A program made the position numbers and the translations under genes. 64,000 nucleotides of DNA, taken from assembly GCA_016748015.1 (NCBI GenBank), contig JAAOMT010000512.1, positions 1,560,893 through 1,624,892 of the forward strand, given 5' to 3'. The stretch is from Geosiphon pyriformis uo1 (Eukaryota; Fungi; Glomeromycota). Positions 23,001-37,511 of the stretch are shown piece after piece; the stretch's first letter is position 1, and every line of letters begins with the position of its first letter. The notes beneath the pieces are model-generated. The model did not search any database. It had not been told where the DNA came from and worked only from the letters and a program-made list of their open reading frames with translations.

Positions 23001-25819
23001 TTTGTTTTTTTAAAGTGTTTAGCTAATGAGTCAGTATGTATGTTGTATATTACAATTTCTTTTTTTTCAAATCTGATAACTCTTTGGAAGTGGTTAAGAT
23101 CTTTTTTGTTTTTTTTATATAACTGGTTCTGGCAAATTAAATAGAAATTTGATTGTTTGTGCAAATGTTCTTTTTGCTATCAAGTATATTCTGATGAGTA
23201 TTGTCTTTTACTCAAAAATTCCATTAAGGCAGAATAGTTGTTCAAGTCTATTATTGTGTTTTGTCAAAAAGAGAATTACTAATAATTAAGGTGAGTTGGT
23301 TGGAAAAGCTTGTACTGTCACTAAATAGTAAGTCTAAAAAAAGCATCAGCATTTTGATGATTTGATTTTTTATGGTATTAAATATCATAGTCGAATTTAT
23401 CCAAATAGAGTATTTAGCAAGTTATTTGTTTATGTTCTAGCTTTTTTTTGTTGTATAGCCAAACCAAGGCTTAATGATTTGTTATCACTAGAAGTTTTAC
23501 ACCAAAAAGATATTGATTCCAATAACTAGTAGCTCATACTACTGCTAAGCATTCTTGTTTAATGACTGAATAGTTTTTTCTACTGGGATAAGAGATCTAC
23601 TGGCATATACTATAGTATGTTTTCTGTCATCTTTATCTTTTTGGGAGAAAACAGCACCAAGTCCATAGTCAGATGTATCAGTGTGCAAAATAAAAGGTTG
23701 GTCCAAATCAGGTTGCTTAAGAATTAGTTTAATAACAAGTTTTTTCTTTAAAGTTTCAAAAGCTTTTTGTTGATAAATGCCCCAATAATAATTGACATTT
23801 TTTCTGAGTAGCTAATTAAGAGAAAAGACGATTTTAGAGAAATTCTTAATAAATTTGCAATAATAAGAAGCCAAACCAAGGAAAAAACATAGTTTAAAAA
23901 CATTTATAAGTTGTCTAATGTTTTGAACTTTTTCAATTTTGGCTAAATCAGAGAAGATTCTATCTTTTGTAATAAGATAACCAAAGAACTGGGTAGATTG
24001 TTGTCCAAAAAAAGATTTGATTAAGTTTATTTTAAGACTAGCATTTCTAAAGAAGTCAAAAACTTTTTGCAAGTGTTCAAAATATTTATTCTAGGTTTTT
24101 GAGTATATTATTATGTTATTTAAGTAGACTAGAACAAAGTTTTTTTTTACTGATTTAAATACTTTGTCCATTAAGTATTAAAAGGTAAGAGAGGCATTAG
24201 TAAGACCAAAAAACATAATTGTGAATTTGTAAGTGCCATACTTAGTAATAAAAGCAGTTTTCTTTTTACTTTCTAAATTTATTTCTACTTGCCAGAATTT
24301 AGCAGTTAAGTCAATAATTAAGAAAAAAGCAGCACCATTAAATTTGTTTAGCATTATATCAATTTTGGGAAGTGAGTATATGTCTCTTATAGTGATGGTA
24401 TTTAATTGGTAGTAGTTAATACAAAAGCATAGGGTTCCATTTTTTTTGGATACCACTACAACTAAAAAAGCTCATTTACTCTTGGTTTTTTGTATGAATT
24501 CAAGATTTTTTATTTGGTTTATCTTCTTCTTAATAAATTTATTATTATGTTAATTAGATTAATAAGACTTCAAATAAATAGTGCAAGTTTCTTTGATAGT
24601 GATAATATGTTGTATCACATAGATTTGTCTAGAAATGTTACTTTCTTTTAAGATAACTGGGCTATTTCTAGCCTACAGATTTTTAATGTCTACTTTTTTT
24701 CTTTAAAGAAGAGTTCTCTTGTTCTACTATAAGTAATTGGATTTTAAGTGGTTCATTCTTAAAGAATTTTTGTACTTTTCTTAGTTCTTCTTTGAGTATC
24801 AAACTAATTGGCTTCCAATTTTTGTAATAGATTAGACAAGACTTGTATTTATCATTAGAAGAATACAAAAGTTTATTGTATTAGCACTTGGCACAAAGAC
24901 CATGTCACCAATAGTTGTATTTGGCTTTCTTACTAAGCTTTCTGTCAAAGATTCTTTTGAGTATGTTATAATAGGGCCAACAAATTAGCTTGTTATTTAC
25001 AATAATTCTTTTTCTGTTAGCTTTAACATTATTTAGCAGCTTGTTATTGTTAGTAAAAATAGTATAAGCGAGTTTAGCAGTTTCTTCTTGTTTTTTTTGA
25101 TCTTTTTTTTTGTCACTCTTTTTATAATCTGATTTATTTGATTGCTTATCTTCTTGATTCTGCTTGGGTACTAGAGGAGTTGTTCAATAATAACATTTAA
25201 CCACAATGGGTTTTTTACCACATCTGATGATTAGCTTATAAAGTTCATAATCAGACAAAGCTTTTGTTTTTTTGAACTATTTATTGCCAACAATAATAGT
25301 GTATTCTTTTGCTTTGAATACTTTTATGTTAGTTTTAATACTAATGTTATTAATGTGAACAAGAACAGCTTTGGCTATACCAAACCTTTTTTTTGTTATT
25401 GTGCACATTGATTATTGGTTTGGTTAAGAGTTCATTAATTTTTTTACCAATGGCTTCCAAAAAGTGTTTGGCAATTACACTAACAGATAATTCACTGTTT
25501 AAAATTAAGTTAATGAAATAACCAGTCATTTGGGCTTTACAAATAAGGAGAATAACATTGTTATTGTTAACAAGTCCAACTTGGCAAAAGCATATGTTGG
25601 TTTTTGGTGTTTTTTTTTTGGAATTAATAATTTGTGAAGATTTTTCCTAAACTGTGGATAAGTCATTAGTTGGCCAAATGTAATGTGTGCTGAGATTTCC
25701 ATAAAATTTTTAACAATGAAATAGGAACCAGATTTTTGTATTATTTTTGGAGGTTCCAACTTTGGAGAATTTTTAAAAACTTTAGTCTTTGGTGGCTTAT
25801 TGTTATTAGCAGTTAATAT

Positions 25820-28800
25820 TGTTATGGTTAAAACTTATACTTTTTATTAATTATCACATGTATTAGTCACTAATGTTATATAAATTAGCCACTCTATTTT
25901 TAGAAAGTGATCATTAACCTGATTAATGACCTAACCATTGACTTAATCATTGACCTGATCAATGACCTAATCATTGACCTGACTATTAATCTAATCATTA
26001 ACCTAGTCATTGATCTGATCATTGACCATTTTTGATAGCTATATAAGCAATGAATCTCTTAGCTGTAGAAAAATAATGTAAGAATCAAAGAAATAAAGAA
26101 ATAAAATAACAACTTTATCTCAATTCTTTTCTTATTGCTAATTTCCCTTTCCCTACTTTCAAGTATCTGAACATTTTAAAGATAAAAAACTACTTGTTGG
26201 CATTTACCTATCCTTTTTCTAAAATGTGTAATTGCAGCATTTGAAGACTATTAAATAAAACGTGACTGAAGAGTACATTTGATACTTGATATTGAATTCT
26301 AAGAGCATTGATGTGAGGCATAGAATTATACCAAGTGTAATTATTTGTTGACAGTACAGACTATCTTTCTATCTTCAGATTTTTTGGTTATCTTTGAAAA
26401 ATATAGTGACTGAGATATTTTATGAGACTGATCTCACATATTGAATCCATACTTATTCAATTTACTCATTGAAGTTAAAAGCTCTTTGATTATTTCTATC
26501 ATCCTACAATTTTGTTCTCCCTTGCTATCTGTTAGCTTGTTACTCCAACCCGTAACATAAAAATGGTGCTCCCTGTAAGGTTGTCAAAATACACTTTGTT
26601 TTCTATTATATGGGTGATTATTTATACTTGCCACAACAATTAAAAGAACACTTTGAAGCACACAACAAAAACAATCTAGACTTTATTGAACTCAATTCTT
26701 TGCCCTTCTGCTTAATTTGCTTTCCCATTGAAGAACAATCCAGCAGACAATTCCAAGATTTTTGGAACTGGTTCTTGAATGAGCATTCAGCTAAAACCTA
26801 TACAGCTTATACAATCTATTATTTTGACCAAGCTTATTTTGAAGACAACTTTGAAGAAAGAAACAACAGTATTAATTAGCTCTTATATTTTACAATCTTT
26901 GAACAACAGCCTCCTGATTTCAAATATTTGAATCATCAAATCCATATTTGGATTGCTGTCCATCAATCAACAGAAACTCTTCTTGAAACAGAAAAAAAAA
27001 AGCTTCTGTTTTTGATCTTTTTTCAAGTGAATTAGAACACTCCACACAAACAGTTACACTTGAACCAATAGCTTAAGACTCTCTGCAACAAAACATTCTA
27101 ATTACTCTCCAAGGTATACAAACTGCTTTAGGGCAAAGAAACAACACTCTATTACTGTTATTCAGAGATGATGCCCAAGATCCAATCAAATGGCTGAATG
27201 ATTTTAAGAGAGCTGCCACAGCAAACCAATATGATAATGAATACAAGTTCCAAATCGTTGGTGGCTACCTCCAAGGCTCTTTTGCTACTTGGTTCTCACA
27301 AAAAACCAATGCCAATGCTCAACAAAAAATTATTAGATGGGCACCAACAAATGCTGGAGAAGACAACACCTCTTTTACTACCCAGTTTGAAATGAAATTT
27401 AGAACTCTTATCTTAATCTCAAAATGGCATATGGAATTAGAAAGAAGAACTCAAGGCTCTGATAAGGTTGTGACAGAATATGTCAAAGCAATAAGAAAAC
27501 TTATTAAACAAGTAGACTTTGGAAGAAATTGGACAGAAAAACAGAAAATACATTTCTTTACAAAAGAACTGAAAACTGATCTATTATATGCTCTTTGGCC
27601 CCTCCTGGTCTTGAAAGATAATTCTACAATAGATATGGCCAATGAACTTGCTCAAAGAATAGAAGACAATCAAAGAATGCACCTAGGATCCACACTTTCA
27701 GTTTTTGCTCCTGTACTTATTATGACTCCTGTTTTATAAATAGCTGCTACCTCTTTTGCTGCCCAAACTCAAGACCCAAATAAACAGTTAATAAATAGAC
27801 TTACAGCTAATCTTGTCTGGCTATTAGAACCTTTAGCCCAAGCAGTTAAAGAAAGTCAACAACCCCAAAGACCCTGATTTAAATCCTGCTTCAATCAGTC
27901 TTAACAATCACCATATCAAAGACAGCAAAATTGTGGCCTACCTGTGTGCTATTGCTGTAGACTAACTGGACACTTCTCAAGAGACTGTAACAATTCTTCA
28001 TTGTCCCTTCCAGCTCCTAAAAATAATGACATTCAGAATAACAGACCAAACAATAATATTGTTCCTAATCAAAGACCCAATCATGCCAACATCAATTTTT
28101 TTGGAGAGAATTTCTTAGTTGAAGCTACTGTTTATCAGCCTTTAAACTGGTAAGTGCACTTCCAAAGGATGAGAGTGCAAGCCAATCAGAAAAAAACCCT
28201 TTTTATGCTTTTAACCTAACTGATAATAATCATAATATGGATGAACTAGCAATCAACACTTCTGAATCAACCAGAAAGAAGAAGAAAGCCAAGGTTGATT
28301 TTATCTTGGACCTAAACAAAGCATCCAAATTATCTGCTGATAACAATGAGTCACCAAAGGCTAAGGTTTTTAAAAATCCTCTAAAATTGGAACCCCCAGA
28401 AATTGTACAAAAATCTGGACCCTATTCTGTTGTTAAAAATTTCATGGAAACCCCAGCACATATTACATTTGGCCAACTGATGATCCATCCACAGTTCAGA
28501 AAAGATCTTCACAAATTATTGATACCAAAGAAAAAGACACCAAAAACCAACAAACATTCTTGCCAAGCTGGACTTGCTGATAACAGCAATATTACCTCTC
28601 TGATTTGTAAAGCCCAAGTGGCTGGTTACTTCATTGATCTGATTCTAGACAGTAGATTATTTGTTAATGTAATTGCCAAACATTTTCTTAAAGCAATTGG
28701 CAGAAAGATTGATGAATCTTCCACAAGACCAATAACCAATATACATGGTGACAAGAAGAAAAGCCTGGGCATAGCCAAAGCTATTCCTGTTCACATCAAT

Positions 28801-31800
28801 AATATTAGCATTAAAACTGATATGGAAGTATCTGAAGCAAAAGAGTACACCATTATTGTTAATAATAAATGACTTAAGAAAGCCAAAGCACTACTTAACT
28901 ATAAACTTTGCAAACTAATCATCAAATGTGATGAGAAACCCATTGTAGTTAAATGCTGACATTGGACAATCCCTCCAGTATTCAAACAAAACCAAGAAGA
29001 AGAGCAATCAGATGAATCAGATGATGATAAGAGTGATAATAAAGATCAAGAAGAACAAGAAGAAACTGCTGAACTTGCCTATACTATCTTTATCAGCAAT
29101 GGCAAGCCACTGGACAATATTAAAGCTGACAAAAAAGGAATCATGGTAAATGGCAAGTTGATCTACTGGTCCTACTATGATATCTTCAGAAGAACTTTTG
29201 ACAGAAAACCTAACAAGAAAGCCAAATACAGTTATTGATAGTATGGTTCTTGTACATAGTGCTGGTATAATAAACCTTTGTATTCACCAATTGATGAATG
29301 CAAATTCTGCCTGATCTATTACAAAGATTAAGAACTAATTAGCTTAATATTTCAAAAAAAACTTAAAGAAGTACAAAAGTTCTTTGAGAATAAACCACCT
29401 GAAATCCAATCATTAATTATAGAACAAAAAAAACCTTCCCCTAAAGAAAGAAAAGTGGACATTAAAAATTTGTTGGCTAGAAATAGTCCAGTTATCTCAA
29501 AAAAAGATAATACTCCTGGACAAACCCATGTGATACAACACACTATCACCACCAAAAAAACTCGTCTCATCTATTTGAAATCTTATCAATCCAATTGACA
29601 TAATGATGAGTTTATTAAGAAAGAGATAAACTGGATGAAAAATCTTGGATTTATATAAAAAACCAAGAGTGAATGAGCTTTTCCAGTTGTAGTGATATTC
29701 AAGAAAGGTGGAATCCTATGCTTCTGTGTTAACTACTGTCAATTAAATGCTATCACTATAAGAGATATGTACCCACTTCCCAAAATTGATGCAATGCTAA
29801 ATAAATTCAATGGTGCTGCTTTCTTCTCAACTATTGACTTAACTGCTGAATTTTGGTAAATAGAGATGAATTTAGAAAGCAGAAAAAAAACTGCTTTTAT
29901 CACCAAGTATGACACCTATGAATTCACAGTCATGTCTTTTGGTCTCATTAATGCTCCTTCCACTTTTCAATGCCTAATGGATAAAGTGTTTGAATTAGTA
30001 AAAAAAAACTTTGTTCTGGTTTACTTGGACAACATAATGGTATATTCAAAAACCTGAGATGAACATCTTGAACATTTACAGGTTTTTGATCTGCTCAGAA
30101 ATGCTGGCCTTAAAATCAACCCAATCAAATCTTTCTTTGGACACCAATCCATCCAGTTCCTTGGTTATCTTATTATAAAAGATGGAATCTTCCCTGACCC
30201 AGCTAAAGTTGAAAAAGTTCAGAATATTAGACAACCAATGAATGTTTCTGAACTATACTTTTTTCTTAGTTTGGCCTCTTACTATCACAAATTTATTAAA
30301 AATTTCTCTAAAATTGTCTTTCCTCTCAATTGGCTACTTAGAAAAAATGTTAATTATCACTGAAGCATTCATCAACAAAAAGCTTTTGAATTTCTGAAGG
30401 AAAAACTTGTTACTAAACCAATTCTCAAACAATCTAATTTGGATCAACTTTTTATTTTCCACACTGATACATCTGGTTATAGACTTGGTACTGTTCTTCA
30501 CAAAAAAATGAAAATGGCAGAGAATATGTCATAGCATATGCCAGTAGATTTTTTACACCAGCAGAAAAGAACTATTCAGTTACTGAACAAAAATGTCTAG
30601 CAGTAGTTTGGGCTACTAGCTACTGGGAGCAATATCTTCTTGGTGCAAAATTCTTAGTAGTAACAGATCATCAAGCCTTGGTTTGGCTGTGCAATAAAAA
30701 GAAGCTAGAACACAAATAAATAACTTGCTGAATACTCTACTTGGATAAATTTGATTATGATATTCAACACCATAAAGAAGCAAATTATCAAAATACAGAC
30801 ACTCTTTTTAGACTTATCATCCAGTGACAGTACAATCTTTTAAACCAAACCAACTTAATTATTAGTAACTTCTTCACAAACAAACACGATAATGGATTTG
30901 AACAACTACTCTGCCTTAATGGAATTTTTGAATAAAGAATAATACTCACCAGAATACACTTGACAACAAAGAGAACATTTGTGCAAACAATCAAATTTCT
31001 ATTTGATCCGCCATAACCAGTTATACAAAAAAAACAGAAAAGATCTTGACCACCCTTAAAGAGTCATTAGATTTGAAAAAAGAAAAATTGTAATATACAA
31101 CATGTACACTGACCCATTAGCTAGACACTTTAGAAAAACAAAGACAATTCAGAAAACTTTAGCTCACTATTATTGGCCTATCTTGGGAAAAGACATTACT
31201 GAATACATCAAAACTTGTAACATTTGCTAAAAAAGAGGCAAACCCAATCACAAAAAAAATATCCATCCAATCTCTGTTGGTCAATTATTTGACAGAATTG
31301 GTATAGATGTTGTTGAACCTTTAACAATAATTCTTAACAGTAACAAATACATTAATACAGCTACCGACTATCTTACAAAGTAGACCAAACAGCAGTCTCA
31401 ATAGCCAATTTCATTTATGAAAATTTTATCTGCTATCATGACTGCCTCAAAGAACTTTTATCTGATAGAGGAAGAGCTTTTCTCAGTACACTGGTTGAAG
31501 AACTTTGTAGAAAATAAGAATATGTTATAAACTTTCCTTCTCTTATCACCCCTAAACAAATGGCCTAATAGAACATTTTAATAAAACACTATGTGAAACC
31601 CTAGCCAAAACCAGTAAAGAAACAAACTTATGGAACAAAGTACTGCCTTCAGCTTTGTTTGCTTATAAAACTGTGAATCATGACATAACAAGTTATGAAT
31701 CTTTTTATCTGCTCTATGAATGCATGACAACACTACTAATAGAAACTGATATTGAGACAATACTTTTTGAAGAAATCACAATAAGAAATTACAAAGACAT

Positions 31801-33550
31801 TTTGCAAAGAAGACTTGGTACTATTCTTGACTCCTTGATAAAAGCACAAATAATTGCTTTTAAAAAGATAAAACAGTTCCAAGAAAAGCTTAAAAAAAAG
31901 AAAACCTATAAAACATTTTCTTTAAGTGTTGGTGACTTGGTACTAGAATACTGTTCAAACAGAGACAATGTTTATGGTGATAAATTCTCTAGCCGGTGGA
32001 AAAAACCCTTTATAGTCAACAAAATTTTGAATAATAGTTCTTATACTCTTTAAGATCAATCCAAAACAATCTTCAATGATTGTCCTGTTCATGGTACACG
32101 ACTTAAGAAATATCATAAATAACCTGATTGGCTGTCTGTTGTGGTAATACTGACTCAAATGATCAGCAAAAATCAAGTATAAATAAATGCACCATTCCCA
32201 AAACAGAAGTATCTTCAATTGACATAAACAATTATTTTCTGGATCAAAATATTTAAAATGTTTTCTATATTCTCTATAAGTATTGGATCAAAAACTATTC
32301 AAATGCTACTCTAACCATTGGAAAACAAATCATTATAACTGATAACAATAGAACATATACTGTAATTAGACCAAAGAAAACTACTACCAGAAGAGAAAGA
32401 ATTGGTAGCAAAATAAATAAGTATCTGCTAAAAAGCATAACAGCAGCAATACTTGTACCTTCTATTACAATTGAAAAAACAATTAAGAAAATTTTGCTCA
32501 TAGACAAAAACTTGTTATATGGAAGACAACTAAAACTCTATGGTTGCCTTGATGAAATCATAGAAGACATAAAGCTCATGAAAAAAACAACTTCTGAGAT
32601 ACAAGTGAAAATTTTGAGCATTATATGATTAGATGTCCTAAGAGTTTTGACCATTGCAAAAAAAGCCAAAATTTTTATACAAAAATTTGGTCTTTTGGAT
32701 ACAAAGCTTATTTTGTCTTAAGTACTATACACCTTATCCACAAAAGACTTTAACAGACTAGTTAGTTTTGAATTAGATAAAACCCTTCAAATAGATTACT
32801 CCATGAATAGCTTGATTTTGCCAGAGCTCAATTTCTTTGGAGAAGATAATGTTATGATTGAAACTTATACTTCTTATTAATTATCACATGTATTAGCCAC
32901 TGATGTCATATAATTAGCCATCCTATTTTTAGAAAGTGATCATTGACCTGATCAATAACCTGACCATTAACCTGATCATTGACTTTATTATTAACCTAGT
33001 TATTGACCTGATTATTGACTACTTTTGATAGCTATATAACCAATAAATCTTTTAGCTGTAGAAAAATAATGTAAGAATCAAAGAAATAAAGAAATAAAAT
33101 AACAATTTCATCTCAATCCTTCTCTTATCACTAATTTCTCTTTCCCTACCTTTAAGTATCTGAACATTTTAAAGATAAAAAACTACTTATTGGCATTTAT
33201 CTATTTTTTTTCTGAAATGTGTAATTACAGCATTTGAAGACTATTGAATAAAACGTGACTAAAGAGTACATCTGATACTTGATATTGAATTTTAAAAGTG
33301 CTGACATGAGACATAAAATTATATCAAACATAATCATTTGTTGATAGTACAGACTATCTCTCTATTTTTAAATCTCCTGGTTATCTTTAAAAAGTATAGC
33401 AACTGAGATATTTTATAAGACTAATCTCACACATTGAATCTATACTTATTCAATTCGCTTATTGAAGTTGAAAGCTTTTTAATTATTTTCATTACCCTAC
33501 AATTCTGTTCTTCTTTGCTATTTATTAGCTTGTTACTCCAACCCATAACA
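25820..33550 (+). mobile_element. Full-length Ty3/Gypsy element E, inserted in the pol N-terminus of D, TSD ATAT
   Basis: LTRs 25820-26557 and 32850-33550; ATAT at 25816-25819 and 33551-33554; gag 26610-28153, pol ~28141-32182, ORF3 32224-32880. Confidence 0.96.
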
Positions 33551-33779
33551 ATATAAATACTCTATTTAAGTCCAAAATGAAATTAATCTTGTTGATTCAG
33601 AAGTATTAATTGCTAGTTCATTTATGTCATAATTATTATCAGTTAGATTAAAAATGTAAAAGAGGTTTTCTTCTGGTTGGCTTGCACTCTTATTCTTTGA
33701 AGGTGCACTTATTAATTTAAAAACTAATAAATAGTGGCTTTAACTAGAGGATCCTCTCCAAAAAAATTGATGTTGACAT

Positions 33780-34444
33780 TGTTATGGTTGAAACACATAG
33801 TTTTTATTAATTATCACATATATTAGCCACTGATGTCATATAATTAGCCACCCTATTTTTAGATAGTGATCATTGATCTGATCAATGATCTGACTGTTGA
33901 CCTGATCATTGACCTGGTCGTTGACCACTTTAGATAGCTATATAAGCAATGATTCTCTTAGCTGTAGAAAGACATAATAAAAGTAACAAAATAAACAATA
34001 TCAATTACTTCCTCTCATAATCACTTATTCCCCTTTCCTTATCTTCAAGTATCTACTTGTTGGCATTCACATACCTTATCTTTTCCCCTTCTTGATTTGT
34101 ATTTGTTAAAATTAGCCTAAGAAGCAATTGGCTTACTTTTGTAATTCATGAATAAAGAAATGATTGAAAAGTACAACAATACCTGTTATTGATTCTAAGA
34201 ATCGCCGAGTTGAAGCATAGAATAATAGCAGTGGTATTATCTTGTTGACAATCACGGACTATTTCTCTATCTTCAGATTTAAGAAAAGATTAGCGACTGT
34301 GATTTTTATGAGACTGATCACGCATATTGAATTCCTACTTATTCAATTTGCTCCTTTATTGTAATTCCCTCTTTGTTTATTTCCATCACCATACAATACT
34401 GTTCTCCCTTGCTATCCGTTAGCTTGTTACTCCAACCCGTAACA
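33780..34444 (+). mobile_element. Solo LTR F in gag of D, TSD ACAT
   Basis: TGTTATGG...CCCGTAACA, with ACAT on both sides. Confidence 0.93.
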
Positions 34445-36974
34445 ACATAATTGGTTCTTTAATTAGGGACATTGTTATTATTGGTTTTCTTGTTCTGGTT
34501 ATCATTATTTCTAAAAGCTAGAAAATTGTTGCAATTTCTGGAGAAATGTTCAGTTAATCCACAGTAATAACTTACAAGTGAACCACAATTTTGTTGTTTT
34601 TGATAAAAAAATTGCTGGGGCTAATTAAAACAGAGTTTAAATTTGGATCTTTGTAGTTGCTGATTATCTCTAACTGCTTAGGTTAAAAGTTACAATAATC
34701 AGACAAAATTGGCTGTGAGTCTATCTATCAATTGTTTATTTGGGTCTTGAATTTGGACAGCAAAAGAGATAGTGGCCATGTAAAGAGCAGAAGCCATAAC
34801 AGAAGCAAGAACAAAAACTGGAAGTGTAGATCTTAGGTGCATTCTTTGATTGTCTTCTATTCTCTGGACAAGTTTAATAGCCATATTCATTATAGGATTA
34901 TTTTTTAAGACCAGAAAAGACCAAAGAAGCATATAAAAGATCAGTTTTTAATTTTTTTGTAAAGAAATAAATTTTTGCTCTTCTGTTTAATTTCTTCCAG
35001 AGTCTATTCACTTAATTAACTTTCTGATTGCTTTAACATATTTGGTTACAATTTTACCAAAATCTTGGGGGTTTTTTTTTTAATTTCATGCATCATTTGG
35101 ATATCAAAATAGAAGTTCTAAATTTTATTTCAAACTGGATAGTAAAAAAGATGTTGTTTTTTTCAGCATTTGTTGATGTCCATCTGATGATTCTTTGCTA
35201 AGCATTGGTATTAGTTTCTTGTAAAAACCAAGTAGCAAGGGAGTCTTGAAAGTAGCCACCAATGATTTGGAACTTGTATTTATTATTATATTGGTTGGCT
35301 GTAGCAGTTCTTTCAAAGTCATCTAACTATTTAATTAGATCTTGTATATTATCTTTGAATAATAGTAATAGGGTATTGTTTCTTTGCTCTAAAGCAGTTT
35401 ATATGTCTTGAAGGGTGACCAGAATGTTTTGTTGCATGAGGTTATTAACCATTGGTTCAGAAGTAGCTGTTTGTATGGAATGTTCTAATTCACTTGAAAA
35501 AAAATCAAAAATAGAAGTGATTTGATAGCTTTCTTCTTCTGTTTCAAAGGATGTTTTAGCTAGCTAATAAGCAGCAATCCAAATGTGAACTTGGTGATTT
35601 AGGTATTCAAAATCAGAAAGCTGTTGTTTAAATGTTGTGGAATATAAAAGCTGATTGATGCTGTTGTTTTTTTCTTTAAAGTTGTTTTCAAAATAAGCTT
35701 GGTCAAAGTAATAAGTTGTATAGACTGTGTAGGTTTCAGCTGAATGCTCATTTAGGAACCAATTTCAAAAGTCTTGAAATTGTCTTCTAGATTGTTTTTT
35801 AATAGGAAAGCAAATCAAGCAAAAGGGCAAAAGATTAAGTTCAATAAAGTCTAGATCATTTTTGTATGCTTTAAAGTGTTCTTCTAATTGTTGTGACAAA
35901 TATGAATAATCATTTATACAAAAAGAAACAAAGTGAATTTTGACAATCTTACAAGAAGCACCACTTTTATATTATGGATTGGAGTAACAAGTTAATGAAT
36001 AACAAGAAAGAACAAAATTGTAAGATAATAAAAATATTCAAAGAGAGAATTACAATAAGAGAGTAAATTGAATAATTAAAAATTCAATATGTGTAATTAA
36101 TTTTATAAAAATCATAGTTGCAAATTTTTTTTTGAAATTTAAAGGTAGAGAAATAATCTGTAATTGTCAACAAGATAACACTACTGCTATTATTTTGTGT
36201 CTCAACTTGGCAATTCTTAAAATTAATAACAGATATTATTGTGCTTTTTAATTATTTTTTTATTCAATAAATTACAAGAGCAAGCAATCACTTTTTAGAC
36301 TAATTCTAACAATACAAATTAAGAAGAAGAAAAGATAAGATATGTGAATGCCAACAAGTAATTTTTTATTCCAAGATATTTAGATACTTGAAGGTAGAGA
36401 AAAGAGAATAAGCAATATAAAAAAAAGTAATTAATAGTGTTTTATTTCATTACTTTAATCATGTTTTTCTACAGTTAAGAAACTTATTACTTATATAGCT
36501 ATTGAAAATGATCAACAACTAAATTAATAATTAGATCAATAATCAGGTCAATAATTAGATTAATGGTTAAGTCATTAATTAGATTAATGATTACTATCTA
36601 AAAATAAAGTGGCTAATTATATGACATTAGTGGTTAATATATGTGATAACTAATAAAAAGTATGAGTTTTAACTGTAACACTACTTCAAATTATAGAAAA
36701 CTATTTTTTGAAGAAAGAGATATTTAATAATTTTTTGTTTTTAGCTTCTGTTTTTTTTGCTTCTAATACTCTTACTATATATACATAATTCATGTTATAT
36801 AATATTTTATATATTTCTACTTTTTTTCTATATTATTTTTTAAAATATGCTTATTTTTGGAAATATGTCATAATTTTTAAAAATATGCTTACTTGTTGAG
36901 TATTATTTTTCTATTAGTCTATTTTATAATCTGTTTTTTTTATCTTTTCTTGTACTTTTTTTTTATAAATAACA

Positions 36975-37511
36975 ACAGACAAAAATTACAGTTTCTTATA
37001 AGTTATTTAGATGACATAGTCTTATAGATTATAAAATATTACTTTTTAATCTTTTGATAAATTGGTTGAAAATTTGTTTGAAAGTGTAATAGTCTTTTTT
37101 AATTGTCTAAATTTGGTAAAAAATTTGATTAAATTATTCAAGATAAATAGTTACTACTTTGTAATCTTTCTGTTTTATTATATTATACTGATTTTGTAGT
37201 CTAATAAGTGTATTGAAATCATAGAAGTATTGTAAAAAAGTGAGTTTAAAAGCAGCAAAGTCAATTGGTTTTTTCTTAAGACTTTAGTATCATGAATTTG
37301 CAGTTTTTGTTAAAAAAAATAGCAGTGCTTAAATTGTTCTGATATTATCTTAATTGTTGGTGCTAATTATTTTCTTAGCTTTTACAATTTAGGTATATGT
37401 ATTGTTTTCTTTACCAGAAAATTTTTCTAGTTTAGCAATATTTTGGTAAATTATAATCTAAATAATAAGAAGTGGTTTACTTATTAACAAAGAAAAAATT
37501 AATAAAGATAT
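36975..37511 (-). mobile_element. Capsid-coding gag fragment of element H
   Basis: Minus translation ...IAKLEKF/SGKENNTYT...FAAFKLTFLQYF...IKQKDYKVVTIYL...NQFIKRLK, a retrotransposon gag pattern. Confidence 0.75.

Larger units (their letters stand above)
20578..36680 (-). mobile_element. Full-length Ty3/Gypsy element D, interrupted by E and solo LTR F
   Basis: LTRs 20578-21270 and 35970-36680; TSD TTAC/CTAC; ORF3 21240-21896; pol resumes at 33551 after E; gag 33700-35920; more decayed than C and E. Confidence 0.92.
20048..36974 (-). mobile_element. Old solo LTR A' (family A-related, ~820 bp), split by element D into 20048-20577 and 36681-36974
   Basis: 20048-20135 aligns to the reverse complement of the LTR A end. 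36681-36974 carries ATTATGTATATATAG and the LTR A start. Decayed 4-bp TSD ATAA/ACAG. Confidence 0.72.

Noticed and set aside
25908-26027. CRISPR-like array
   Set aside because: Head-to-tail 12-bp units with no unique spacers; eukaryotic LTR context; no cas genes.
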